Assembly (NCBI GenBank): GCA_963663765.2
Contig: CAXXUA010000005.1
Location: 128,001-192,000 of the forward strand
DNA from: Candidatus Poribacteria bacterium
GTDB lineage: Bacteria > Poribacteria > WGA-4E > WGA-3G
DNA length: 64,000 bases
Direction of reading: 5' to 3'
Shown: positions 9,922 to 19,948 of the stretch, piece by piece
How positions within the stretch are numbered: position 1 is the stretch's first letter
Layout of the letters: the number at the start of each line of letters is the position of its first letter
The notes under the pieces: model-generated
Database searches by the model: none
Told to the model about the DNA's origin: nothing
What the model saw: only the letters and a program-made list of their open reading frames with translations
Program-made: the position numbers and the translations under genes

Positions 9922-10920
9922 TTATGTTTCTTCATTTGCAAACAGATCCATTTGTTTTGCAGTATTTCCCCCATTTTGTGCTTGAAGTCGTTCAGGATCC
10001 GCTAACATTTCAACAACATCACCAAGTAGATTAGGGGAGAATGGAATCGCTCCTTTCCGAATGAGTTGACGTGTGCCATCACTCTTGTGATTACCAGCAG
10101 ACCAATGACATGCGAAAACGGGTCGGTCTTGAAGCTGCGCGTATCGGGCTGCATGCATTGCACCCCCATCTATGGAAGTTTCAACCACTATGGTTGCAAA
10201 AGAGAGACCACTAATAATACGATTTCGCATCACAAGATTGGCTGGTGTTGGTGGTGTTGGGAAAGGATGTTCTGAAAAAAGACACCCTGTTTCATATATT
10301 TTTAGCGCAAGATCTCGGTTTTCACGCGGATAAATTGTTGATAAATCTGTTGATAAAACACCTATTGTTGTACCATTTAACCCTAATGCACCGAAGTGAG
10401 CTGTGGTATCTATACCCACAGCAAGACCACTCACAATTGTCCAACCTTTTTCAACTAAACGCATAGAAAGTTCAAGTGTTACATTAATACTGGCAGCAGC
10501 TGGAAGTTTGCTTCCCACAATCGCCACGCACTTGTCGCTTACTTTAGATAACTCTCCTGTTTTGCAAAGTACCATCGGGGCATCTTGCGAAGATTTTAGA
10601 AGCGTTGGATATTCCACATCATGAGGAAAAAGAACTTTTATTCCCTGTTCGGATAGTTCGTCTAACCTTTGTCGCAATTCCGGGAATCTGTTCCGCACAA
10701 CCAAAATACGTGACGCTAACATTGGGTTGAATTGCGGTAGCTGCGCTATCTCAACTAAATCTGCATCAAAAACGTGTTCTGCACTACCGAAACGTTCTAA
10801 CAAACGTCTAATCCGAACCGCACCTATACCTTCGACTGAAGCAAGCGCAAAAAGATAATCCCGGCTTTTCTTATCGACAGTTTCTCCAAAATGTGACATA
10901 AATTCTACAAATACTTTCAA
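9922..10920 (-). CDS. dprA: DNA-processing protein DprA
   Basis: VAIVGS, IVSGLAVGIDTTAH, RNRIISGLS, VVET..GGAM motifs; N-terminal HhH; alternative start at 10899. Confidence 0.9.
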   Translation of the reverse strand: MKVFVEFMSHFGETVDKKSRDYLFALASVEGIGAVRIRRLLERFGSAEHVFDADLVEIAQLPQFNPMLASRILVVRNRFPELRQRLDELSEQGIKVLFPHDVEYPTLLKSSQDAPMVLCKTGELSKVSDKCVAIVGSKLPAAASINVTLELSMRLVEKGWTIVSGLAVGIDTTAHFGALGLNGTTIGVLSTDLSTIYPRENRDLALKIYETGCLFSEHPFPTPPTPANLVMRNRIISGLSFATIVVETSIDGGAMHAARYAQLQDRPVFACHWSAGNHKSDGTRQLIRKGAIPFSPNLLGDVVEMLADPERLQAQNGGNTAKQMDLFANEET

Positions 10921-11244
10921 CTAATGAAAACTCTAAAAACACAATCCATAAACAACTTTCATTGCATTATTACACAGACTAATGTACATTTCAACAATTA
11001 TATCAATTGTTGACAGTTTTTTCAACCGAAAGTTTTATTAAGAGTCAAAACATGACTTTCTTTAAATTTGGAATTATGATACAATAAATTCTGCTGATAC
11101 ACTAATAAACTACCCATAAGTTTATTGGAAATAAATGTATTGTATTTTAATAGTTCATTGGTTTGTTAAATTTCCTTAGATTCATCTGAATGTTACCTAT
11201 AAATATTACCAACCTTATTCATGGTTAAGAAGAGATAATTTATA

Positions 11245-12660
11245 ATGAAAACTACATTTCTGATTTGTATCTTTACAGTTGCCATCATACTACCCATCAC
11301 GCAAACTTATGGTGCAGTAACATCTGTCGGTGAAATCAACGTTGTTGATGAATCAAAGGGCATTGTTCCTGCAAGTTCAACCATACCCTTAATTATTACA
11401 CTTATAATCGATAGGTCAAGGGCAGTACCTGGTGAGGAAATTAAAACAATTGAAATTCTTATGCCCCCAGGTTATGAACCGCTTATATCGGATTTTGAAT
11501 ATGTTTTACATGATGGAGAACAAGAATCCGCAACAGCAGTTGTTTCCAGTGGCAATGTTTTACGCATACAACTTTCCGAACTGATCCTTGACAAGAATGA
11601 GAATTTTTCTTATGAAATCATTTTTGACTGTAAAACTCCTAATAATTTTGGTGAAACCAAATTCCAAGTGAGACTCCGAAACCTCCAGGACGATCCAATT
11701 GGTGAATTCATAAAACCAGGGGAAGCGGATGGAAAACAGAATAACAACGATTTTACTTTGCAGGTGATCCCAAATGTACCCCCTACCGCCGTTTCAGGTT
11801 TCACTGCCGAAGCAGACAAGAATGGTGAAAACGATGTCACCCTACGTTGGCAAAAATCCTCTGACCCAGATGTCAGTGGATACCTTATCTATCGGGATAC
11901 GGAATTTCAAATTGATGTGATTGAACGTGAGGCAACCACATACCGTGATATAAATATTCTACCTGGAAACCACACTTATGAGATTGCCGCTTACAAGATC
12001 AAAACATTACAATCTGAAAGATCTCCAATACAGAACGTGACTGTTACAGAAGATACCGCTGCTCCGAAACCACCAACAGCCATCCGTATCAGTACCTCTG
12101 GTGATGGTGTGGAAGTGTTATGGAAACCAAGCATTAGTCGGGATGTCGTAAAATACCATATCCTGTTTGGATCAGTGGATACTGTAATACTCAAAACCTT
12201 ACCCGAACGCGAAAATTTAACGCCACACCCTGACGATGTTGCAGAAGGTTTTACACATAGATATATTCATAGTCAGGTTTTGTCAACGGGGAGTTTCACC
12301 TATGCAGTCATCGCAATAGATGAAGCTGGAAACGAATCCGAGCAGATACAGAAAAGATACCGTATCTTTGATAAACCATATCCCAATCCGTTTACACCTC
12401 TCTCACCAGACCCAGATTTTAACACAGTTGTTTTCTCAAAACGTAACATTGATGACGTAGAAGAGGAAGGTGAATTCAATCTGATGCTCTACAATTTGAA
12501 TGGTGTCCTCGTCAAAACCATAACTGCCGAAATTAGTGAAATTGAACTTAAATGGGATGGTAAAAACGAAAACGGAGAAATCGTTGAAAGCGGTATTTAT
12601 ATATATCAATTGCAGGTTGGTGACAACTACAAGACAGGCACAATTATTGTAGCAAAATAG
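11245..12660 (+). CDS. Secreted protein with fibronectin type III domains and C-terminal FlgD-Ig-like domain
   Basis: Signal peptide; VTLRWQKSSDPDVSGYLIYR; YAVIAIDEAGNES; YPNPFTP...WDGKNENG..VESGIYIYQL. Confidence 0.8.
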   Translation: MKTTFLICIFTVAIILPITQTYGAVTSVGEINVVDESKGIVPASSTIPLIITLIIDRSRAVPGEEIKTIEILMPPGYEPLISDFEYVLHDGEQESATAVVSSGNVLRIQLSELILDKNENFSYEIIFDCKTPNNFGETKFQVRLRNLQDDPIGEFIKPGEADGKQNNNDFTLQVIPNVPPTAVSGFTAEADKNGENDVTLRWQKSSDPDVSGYLIYRDTEFQIDVIEREATTYRDINILPGNHTYEIAAYKIKTLQSERSPIQNVTVTEDTAAPKPPTAIRISTSGDGVEVLWKPSISRDVVKYHILFGSVDTVILKTLPERENLTPHPDDVAEGFTHRYIHSQVLSTGSFTYAVIAIDEAGNESEQIQKRYRIFDKPYPNPFTPLSPDPDFNTVVFSKRNIDDVEEEGEFNLMLYNLNGVLVKTITAEISEIELKWDGKNENGEIVESGIYIYQLQVGDNYKTGTIIVAK

Positions 12661-12795
12661 AATGGTATTAAACTTGTTCAGTATCATACCATCTATTTTT
12701 TGTCTTTTAATGTTGCATCCAGCTTAAGCCTGTTTTTACACAAGACTAAACATATTAGAAGATTTCAAATTAGGTTAATTTGGAATTAGAAATAT

Positions 12796-12825
12796 TTGAC
12801 ATATTGTCAGATACACAGTTATACT
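12796..12825 (+). promoter_or_regulatory. Putative sigma70 promoter
   Basis: TTGACA-N18-TATACT about 50 nt upstream of the 12877 start (AAGGAG RBS). Confidence 0.5.
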
Positions 12826-12876
12826 ATCATAAACAAGACTCTACTCAGAGATATTTAAGTTGTAAAGGAGTTTTTA

Positions 12877-13899
12877 ATGTACAAAAATAAGTCGTCACTT
12901 TATATGTATAGAATCATTAGACACGCACTCATTTTAGTTTTCATAATTGCTTTTCCTGCAATGGCAGGATGGGTGGTCATGCAAAATAAGGATCCTGAAT
13001 TTAGGGATTATATGGCAATCGCATTTACGAATAATAAAAACGGATGGGTTGCAGGATCGGCATTAGCTGAAGATTTTGAAAATCCAGGATTTATTGGTTA
13101 TACCAAGAACGGCGGAACAACATGGCAGAAATCTGATATAAAACTCGCAGCGGACCTGACCGGAATTTACTTCTTAGATGAGAAAAATGGATGGGTCATT
13201 GGGGCAAAAGGACTAATCGCTAATACCTCCAACGGAAAAGACTGGGAAATACAAATTAGTAAGATTGATGCTACACTAAAGAGTGTCTATTTCGTTGATA
13301 AGGATGTTGGGTATGCTGCAGGAGAAAATGATACGATTCTATCTACAACAAATGGTGGACGACGATGGGTAATCCTTGGAGGTGGACAAGTCGGAGCTAT
13401 CGGTGATAACGATGCAAGTATGTTCAATGCCGTTCAGTTTATTAGCAAAGAAACCGGATGGATCGCGGGTGTTCGAGTTTTTCCATCAACAAAAACACAG
13501 AAAAGTATTATCCAGAAAACAATGGATAGTGGACGGACTTGGGTAGTACAAGAAACAGGCACTGAGGATATTTTAGAGGATATCTTCTTCATTGATGACA
13601 CAACAGGATGGGCTGTCGGTGAAAACGGTTTGATACTACAAACCCAAAATGGTGGTGACCTATGGACACCGCAAACAAGTGGAACCGAAGAAAAACTCAG
13701 TAGTGTCAGGTTCGCAGACAAAAACATGGGATGGGCAGTCGGAGGTGATTACGGAGTCGGAGTCGTACTCAGCACAACTGATGGCGGAGAAACATGGGAA
13801 GTAGAAGAATCCAAGGAAAAAATGGTAAAAGTGTTTGTACTTGACAAGAAAAACGTTTGGTTAGCAGGTACAAGTGGCATCATCTTAAAGACAGAATAA
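12877..13899 (+). CDS. YCF48-related BNR-repeat beta-propeller protein, secreted
   Basis: Repeated F.D...GW.VG..G.IL.T.NGG..W units; signal peptide. Confidence 0.85.
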   Translation: MYKNKSSLYMYRIIRHALILVFIIAFPAMAGWVVMQNKDPEFRDYMAIAFTNNKNGWVAGSALAEDFENPGFIGYTKNGGTTWQKSDIKLAADLTGIYFLDEKNGWVIGAKGLIANTSNGKDWEIQISKIDATLKSVYFVDKDVGYAAGENDTILSTTNGGRRWVILGGGQVGAIGDNDASMFNAVQFISKETGWIAGVRVFPSTKTQKSIIQKTMDSGRTWVVQETGTEDILEDIFFIDDTTGWAVGENGLILQTQNGGDLWTPQTSGTEEKLSSVRFADKNMGWAVGGDYGVGVVLSTTDGGETWEVEESKEKMVKVFVLDKKNVWLAGTSGIILKTE

Positions 13900-13986
13900 C
13901 GAACAAAAATCAATAGAATATTCTGGATCAGGAATAGATGTATACAACCTGAAGCACCATTCATTAGGGCAACTCGCGAAAAAAAC

Positions 13987-15186
13987 TTGCGACTGATAGA
14001 CAGGAGGAACATTTTGACTAGTCCTACATTCGCCAAGCGCATGAGCCGCTTGGGAACCGAATCCGCTTTTGAGGTATTAGCAAAAGCAAAAAGCTTAGAA
14101 GCACAAGGCAAAAATATTATTCACTTAGAGATAGGTCAGCCAGACTTTTCGACTCCCATGAATGTGTGTGAAGCCGCATTCAAGGCAATGAAAGACGGTC
14201 ATACTGGATACTGCCCATCAGCAGGATTACCTGAATTTAGAGAAGTTGTCGCACAGCATATCACTGATACGCGCGGTGTTGAAATTCATCCCGATGAAGT
14301 CACAGTCACACCCGGGGCAAAACCTATTATCTTTTTCACTATTCTTGCATTAGTTGATGAAGGTGATGAGGTGATTTATCCCGAACCCGGATTCCCCGTC
14401 TATGAATCTGTAATAGATTTTATAGGGGGAAAAGCTGTACCACTTCCGCTTCTTGAAGAAGTAGATTTTCGTTTTCGCATAGATGACCTAATTGCATCTA
14501 TCACGGAAAAGACGAAACTACTGATCCTTAATTCTCCACAGAACCCAACAGGTGGCACCCTCACAACAGCAGACCTACATGCCATAGCAGACCAAGCACA
14601 AAAGCATAACTTCTATATCCTTGCAGACGAAATCTATTCGCGCCTGCTCTATGAAGGCACACATCAAAGTATTCTTAATCTCCCTGGCATGAAAGAAAAA
14701 ACTATACTGATTGACGGTCATTCAAAAACCTATGCTATGACAGGCTGGAGGCTTGGATACGGTATCGCACCACGCGAAATCGCTGACAAAATTACCCGGT
14801 TAACAATAAACTCCAATTCATGCACTGCTACCTTCACACAAATTGCTGGGATTGAAGCACTGACTGGACCGCAAACCTTTGTCACACAGATGGTGAACGA
14901 ATTCAAGAAACGTCGTGATGTCATTGTAGATGGATTAAATGCAATTGGTGGTATAACTTGTATCAAGCCGTTGGGATCGTTCTACGTTTTCCCGAATGTC
15001 ACACAACTGCCGCTTCCTTGTGAAGAATTGGCTGATTATCTGATGGACGAAGTGGGCGTTGCACTACTGCCAGGTACTGCTTTCGGTAAATACGGAGACG
15101 GGTATCTTCGACTTTCTTACGCCAATTCCTTGGATAACATCAATGATGCACTCAGTCGCATACAATCTGCTATTTCAAAGTTGTAG
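13987..15186 (+). CDS. Class I/II PLP aminotransferase (aspartate aminotransferase-like)
   Basis: LEIGQPDF, NSPQNPTG, DEIY, SKTYAMTGWRLG; true start probably 14013 or 14041. Confidence 0.92.
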   Translation: MRLIDRRNILTSPTFAKRMSRLGTESAFEVLAKAKSLEAQGKNIIHLEIGQPDFSTPMNVCEAAFKAMKDGHTGYCPSAGLPEFREVVAQHITDTRGVEIHPDEVTVTPGAKPIIFFTILALVDEGDEVIYPEPGFPVYESVIDFIGGKAVPLPLLEEVDFRFRIDDLIASITEKTKLLILNSPQNPTGGTLTTADLHAIADQAQKHNFYILADEIYSRLLYEGTHQSILNLPGMKEKTILIDGHSKTYAMTGWRLGYGIAPREIADKITRLTINSNSCTATFTQIAGIEALTGPQTFVTQMVNEFKKRRDVIVDGLNAIGGITCIKPLGSFYVFPNVTQLPLPCEELADYLMDEVGVALLPGTAFGKYGDGYLRLSYANSLDNINDALSRIQSAISKL

Positions 15187-15206
15187 ACCTTGGTAAGGAC
15201 AAAAGT

Positions 15207-16124
15207 ATGACTGGCAAGGCAACTGCACGTATTCCAGCAAGTACCACAAACCTGGGACCAGGATTTGATGTACTGGGACTTGCTTTGCAACTATACAGTA
15301 CAATAACCTTAGACATCACAGGCAACAGTTCTGAAGTTGTTGTAAGTGGTATAGATGAGGACAAAATACCGAGCAGTACTGATCACATCGCATTTCAAGC
15401 AGTAGAATTGATCTATCAAAGAAGCGGAATCCCTATACCCAATGGTTTAAAACTAACCATAGCAAACGGTATACCTGCTATTCGGGGTTTAGGTGGCAGC
15501 GGCACTGCAATCCTTGGAGGATTACTAACGGCAAATGTGATTTGTGGAAATAAGTTTACGCCTTCAGAAATCCTCAACTTTGCATCAGTTATAGAAGGAC
15601 ATCCAGATAATGTTGCAGCCTCTTTATATGGGGGGTTAGTAATTTCGGTACAAGAAAAAGAACACATCCATACAATCCAATTAAAATGTGATCCTAATCT
15701 TAATGTTGTCCTTGCAATTCCCGATTTTACATTGTCAACAAAAAAAGCTCGGAACGTTTTGCCAAAAACCGTTGATTTTGCTGATGCCATCTACAACATC
15801 AGTCGAAGTTCTCTACTTGTCGCAAGCATAGCAACAGGAAAATTGGATATGCTCTCAGTGGCAATGAATGATAAAATACATCAACCTTATCGTAGTTCCC
15901 TAATTCCCGGTTTTGATGATGTCGTTGAAGCTGCAACATCAGCAGGTGCATTAAGTATCGCATTAAGTGGGGCAGGTCCCACCATCGCAGCATACTGTAC
16001 GCAGAACATGGACAAAGTTGGAAGCAAGATGCGGACAGTATTGCAAAAGCATAATATCTCTTGTGAAATTAAAGTACTCGCAGCCGACCTTGAAGGCGCA
16101 AAAGTACAAGTTCATAATGGTTAA
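15207..16124 (+). CDS. thrB: Homoserine kinase
   Basis: PASTTNLGPGFDVLGLAL, IP..RGLGGSG, EGHPDNVA, HQPYR, LSGAGPT. Confidence 0.93.
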   Translation: MTGKATARIPASTTNLGPGFDVLGLALQLYSTITLDITGNSSEVVVSGIDEDKIPSSTDHIAFQAVELIYQRSGIPIPNGLKLTIANGIPAIRGLGGSGTAILGGLLTANVICGNKFTPSEILNFASVIEGHPDNVAASLYGGLVISVQEKEHIHTIQLKCDPNLNVVLAIPDFTLSTKKARNVLPKTVDFADAIYNISRSSLLVASIATGKLDMLSVAMNDKIHQPYRSSLIPGFDDVVEAATSAGALSIALSGAGPTIAAYCTQNMDKVGSKMRTVLQKHNISCEIKVLAADLEGAKVQVHNG

Positions 16125-16190
16125 CATCTATTGTTTTGATTAAATCCTATAGCAACTATTGTCAGAAATATGTGACGTTAGGAAAAATAA

Positions 16191-18920
16191 ATGGCAAATT
16201 ATTACGCAGAAAGCATCTCATTTCTGCTGAACCAATTTAATACAGACTTGGAAGCCGGTTTAAGCCATGCAGAAGTAGAGAAGTTGAGGGAACGTTTTGG
16301 TGAAAACAAACCGAATTTCAAAATGGATAATGTACATATAGTACCATTTCTTCAGCAAATGCTAAACTGGAGATTATTCCTATTATTAATCACCACAGTG
16401 GTCAGTGTAATCTTCTTTGATAACAGGTTGCTCACCTTGCTAATTGGCACAATTTTGATTCTAACCTTTTGTTGGGGAATTATAGTCACAATCAATTTCA
16501 AACGTAAACGTAGACACTACAAAACGCTATTCAACCACACTGTTTCCGTAATACGCCAAGGTAAACAAGAAAAGTGCCTACCTTCCGACATCGTACCTGG
16601 AGACTTGCTGCTACTTAGACAAGGTAACTACATCCCCGCAGATGCACGTATCGTTCAAGCAGATGGACTAACTGTCAATGAATCTGCCCTATTCGGAAGT
16701 AGCGGTTCAGCAACAAAAACCGTAAAACAGATTAGTGAAAACGGACTATCACCTGAAAAACAGACAAACATGGTCTTTGGTGGTACTTATGTTGATGCTG
16801 GAATAGGACATGCTGTTGTGGTCAGAATAGGAAACGAACTGGAGATGTACCAGAACCCTAACAACACACGACAGATGCCTAATGAGATGACAATCGCAGA
16901 AAATCAGATAAACTTCTTCAGAGATATTCTGAAAGTTACTGGTATTGTTTTAGGGGGAATCGCCGTTTCTATTTATTGGTGGCAAAACTCACAGCAGAAC
17001 GTTTCACCGAATTGGGAAGAATTCATCCAAGTCGGTTTAATCTTTGCAATCGCTGCTACGCCTTATAACCTTTCCTTGCTTCTACACATCATCCTTGAAA
17101 ATAGAACCATAAATCTAATAAAAAAAGGTATTGTACTTCGGAATAGGCATTTCTTTGAAAAACTGAACCGACTCACTGCTTTCTGCACAGATGAAAAAGG
17201 TATCGCAAGTACAACTTCGCTTACTATTTCCAACATCTTCGTTGATGAACAGATTATCAATCGATCCGTATGGGAAAAATGGGTGAAATCTCTGGAATCT
17301 CAATCACAAGAAGAAATAAGTAAGCGAGTCAACAATATCCCACCAGGATTCCACATTCCACAGGGGGCGCCCGGATTAGTCTTGACAGCAGGATTAGGAA
17401 CTTCAGGTGAACGCTATTATGATAGAACTGATATTGATCACGCACATCAGCATGTAATACAAAATACTATGGAACAACTTGGATACAAACTAACCGACTT
17501 GACTCTAAATATGAAACTCATAGCTGAATACCCATGGACACCAAACTTTGGCTATGAACTTCATGTATTTGAATCGGGCGAAAACGAATATCTAAACATT
17601 CTATTCGGTGATGCGCACAACGTGCTTGAAGCTTGTGATTCTATACTCATAAATGGTGAAGTAACAGAACTTCGCTATGATCAGTATGAACTCTGTCATG
17701 AAACTCTCAACTATATGCAAAATGCAAGGGATACGGTTTACGGTGTAGCATCCATAGATTCTAACATGCCTTTTACACCTCACGACGTGTATGGTCCCTC
17801 TACTTTTCTGGGGTTCATCAGTTTTTCTGTCACTGATATCAAAGAGACAAAAGAGGTCGTAAAATCATTTCTTGATACTGGTATAAAGGTAATTCTATTA
17901 AGTGAAAGTGATGAGTTAACGACGACAGACTTAGCAAAAGAACTCGGTCTCATCCACACACGAAACGCTGTCGGTACAAGACAAGAACTCATGCAACTTA
18001 ATACCCAAGAATTCGACCAAGAAGTACCAAATTGGAATGCGTACTCACAACCCACCCAGGAACAGCGCAGAAATATCGTACTCAGTCTAAAACGACACAA
18101 CCACTCGATCGGTTATTTAGGGCAAAGTTCCATCGACCAACGCGCAATGACTACTGCTGACTTGGTTTTTGCTGATACAAGATATGCAACCCATTTTGCA
18201 CAAGACCATGCGGATTGTTTGATTATTGACAAAGGTTTTAAAGCAGTTAAAGATTGCTTACTCTATGCACGCGAAGCATATCTAAATCTTGCTGGCTCAA
18301 TACGATGGTGCCTCTCTTGCACACTAGCACAGTTATTGACTGTCCTCTTTGGACTAATCTTGCAAGTAGGGTTCAACTTTGAAATGCCACTTACACTCAC
18401 TCAAGTAATCTGGGTACAGTTTCTGACAACGATGATCCCAGCAATAGGTTTAGGTTACGAACAGATTTTTCTTAATGAGACACAACACCACCCGAGCAGA
18501 AGAACAAACCTGTTACCAAAAACGGCTGTGATGGACATTATCTGTAGAAGCCTTGGTATAAGTCTAATGACAATAATTCACTTTCTTGTATTAACATCTA
18601 CTGCTACTGAATCCAACCTTGAACAAGCACGTACCGCAGCCTGCACTACATTGATCTGTACACAGGTGCTTTCATATTTCCAATGTGCACGCTATCCGTG
18701 GGAGTCGTTATTTAAAAGGATGTTCGCAAACTTCCGTCTACTCTTAGCTCTTATATTCGCTATCGGTCTACACGTAGCAGCAATGTACTTTGAACCAATT
18801 CAGACTATTTTAGATATAGTTCCACTTCAGAACGATTGGATCATTACAGCCTTATGTAGTGTAATTTTGTTGTTGTTACCATTGAATTTGGCAATAAACC
18901 CACGAAAAGAAAGTAATTGA
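16191..18920 (+). CDS. P-type (IIA-like) cation-transporting ATPase homologue with degenerate catalytic motifs
   Basis: Cation_ATPase_N (GLS..E..LRERFGEN), IVPGDLLLL..G..IPADAR and C-terminal TM domain present; DKTGT read as DEKGI, TGES as FGSS, GDGxND as GQSSID. Confidence 0.8.
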   Translation: MANYYAESISFLLNQFNTDLEAGLSHAEVEKLRERFGENKPNFKMDNVHIVPFLQQMLNWRLFLLLITTVVSVIFFDNRLLTLLIGTILILTFCWGIIVTINFKRKRRHYKTLFNHTVSVIRQGKQEKCLPSDIVPGDLLLLRQGNYIPADARIVQADGLTVNESALFGSSGSATKTVKQISENGLSPEKQTNMVFGGTYVDAGIGHAVVVRIGNELEMYQNPNNTRQMPNEMTIAENQINFFRDILKVTGIVLGGIAVSIYWWQNSQQNVSPNWEEFIQVGLIFAIAATPYNLSLLLHIILENRTINLIKKGIVLRNRHFFEKLNRLTAFCTDEKGIASTTSLTISNIFVDEQIINRSVWEKWVKSLESQSQEEISKRVNNIPPGFHIPQGAPGLVLTAGLGTSGERYYDRTDIDHAHQHVIQNTMEQLGYKLTDLTLNMKLIAEYPWTPNFGYELHVFESGENEYLNILFGDAHNVLEACDSILINGEVTELRYDQYELCHETLNYMQNARDTVYGVASIDSNMPFTPHDVYGPSTFLGFISFSVTDIKETKEVVKSFLDTGIKVILLSESDELTTTDLAKELGLIHTRNAVGTRQELMQLNTQEFDQEVPNWNAYSQPTQEQRRNIVLSLKRHNHSIGYLGQSSIDQRAMTTADLVFADTRYATHFAQDHADCLIIDKGFKAVKDCLLYAREAYLNLAGSIRWCLSCTLAQLLTVLFGLILQVGFNFEMPLTLTQVIWVQFLTTMIPAIGLGYEQIFLNETQHHPSRRTNLLPKTAVMDIICRSLGISLMTIIHFLVLTSTATESNLEQARTAACTTLICTQVLSYFQCARYPWESLFKRMFANFRLLLALIFAIGLHVAAMYFEPIQTILDIVPLQNDWIITALCSVILLLLPLNLAINPRKESN

Positions 18921-19090
18921 ACCCCGTAAACACAACTGAAATTCAGACCAATAATTCCAATAATTTTCAAATACACTACTGTGAAGTCCCTGTAATAATT
19001 CCAATTCTAATATGGTGAATCTTATAGCAGATTTTAAAATACTTGGACATTGCTACCGGTCCGGTTGGAAGACAGTTCCTACCGCATTTC

Positions 19091-19419
19091 CTGTAGCACA
19101 AACTTTATTAAGATTAATTTATTAAACGGGTAATCATTTATTTTTCACTCGGTAGGCGGGGAATGCCTAAAGAAGCATGCGCGTATGGCATGCTCCATGA
19201 TTCATACCCGGGGAATGCCTAAATGGCATTCATACCGTTGATTTCTTGATTTCTTGATTACTTGATTTGGTGCTTTGTAAGCGCGCTGATATGTCAAAAC
19301 CCAACAGCGCGCTTACAAAGCACGCCTACCGTGGCTGGATTAGGAGAATTACCTAATTTATTTATTAATCTTCATTTAGTTTATGTCGTATTTGCGCAAA
19401 CTGAAAGTTTACGCTACAG
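19091..19419. repeat. Nested composite: inverted REP pair (CTGTAGC.CAAACTTT.AGTTT / AAACTGAAAGTTTACGCTACAG) interrupted by a family A MITE (19107-19375), which holds a compound micro-insert (19158-19269)
   Basis: Direct comparison with the empty family A copy at 19661-19816 and with the intact right REP arm. Confidence 0.75.
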
Positions 19420-19660
19420 AGGTGTAAGGATAATTACAAATATTATTAAATAAATGGCATTTCTACCCACGGTAGATGCGGTTTCCATACCAATGCATAA
19501 TCTCAAACCGTTGATTTTTAGGAATACCTATTTAATTTTAACGAGTACACTTGTCATAACTTTTAATAAATTCTAATCTAAATAATCAATGGCACTTCAC
19601 TTCGTGTCTTAGTTCTTACTCGCTATGAGTTAATAAGCAATTTCCTGTAACGTAAACTTT

Positions 19661-19816
19661 ATGAAGATTAATTTATTAATTGGGTAATAAATATTTCTCA
19701 TACGGTAGGCGTGCTTTGTAAGCGCGCTCTTGGGACTTGATGTACCAGCGCGCTTACAAAGCACGCCTACCAGGGTAGGTTAGATAAAATATCCTAATTA
19801 ATTTTATAATCTTCAT
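19661..19816. mobile_element. MITE-like element, family A, uninterrupted 156-bp copy
   Basis: ATGAAGATTAATTTATTAATTGGG / CCTAATTAATTTTATAATCTTCAT inverted ends; inserted in the same AAACTTT^(T)CAGTTTGCG REP site as the 19107 copy. Confidence 0.8.
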
Positions 19817-19948
19817 TCAGTTTGCGGTCCTCGGATGCACAAAAAAATATAATGTGATACAAAGTGCGGTTATGTGAACAGAATTCAAAACATTAAGGAT
19901 TTCATATCACTTACACCGAGTTAACGTTAACGTACAAAGGAGTATATA

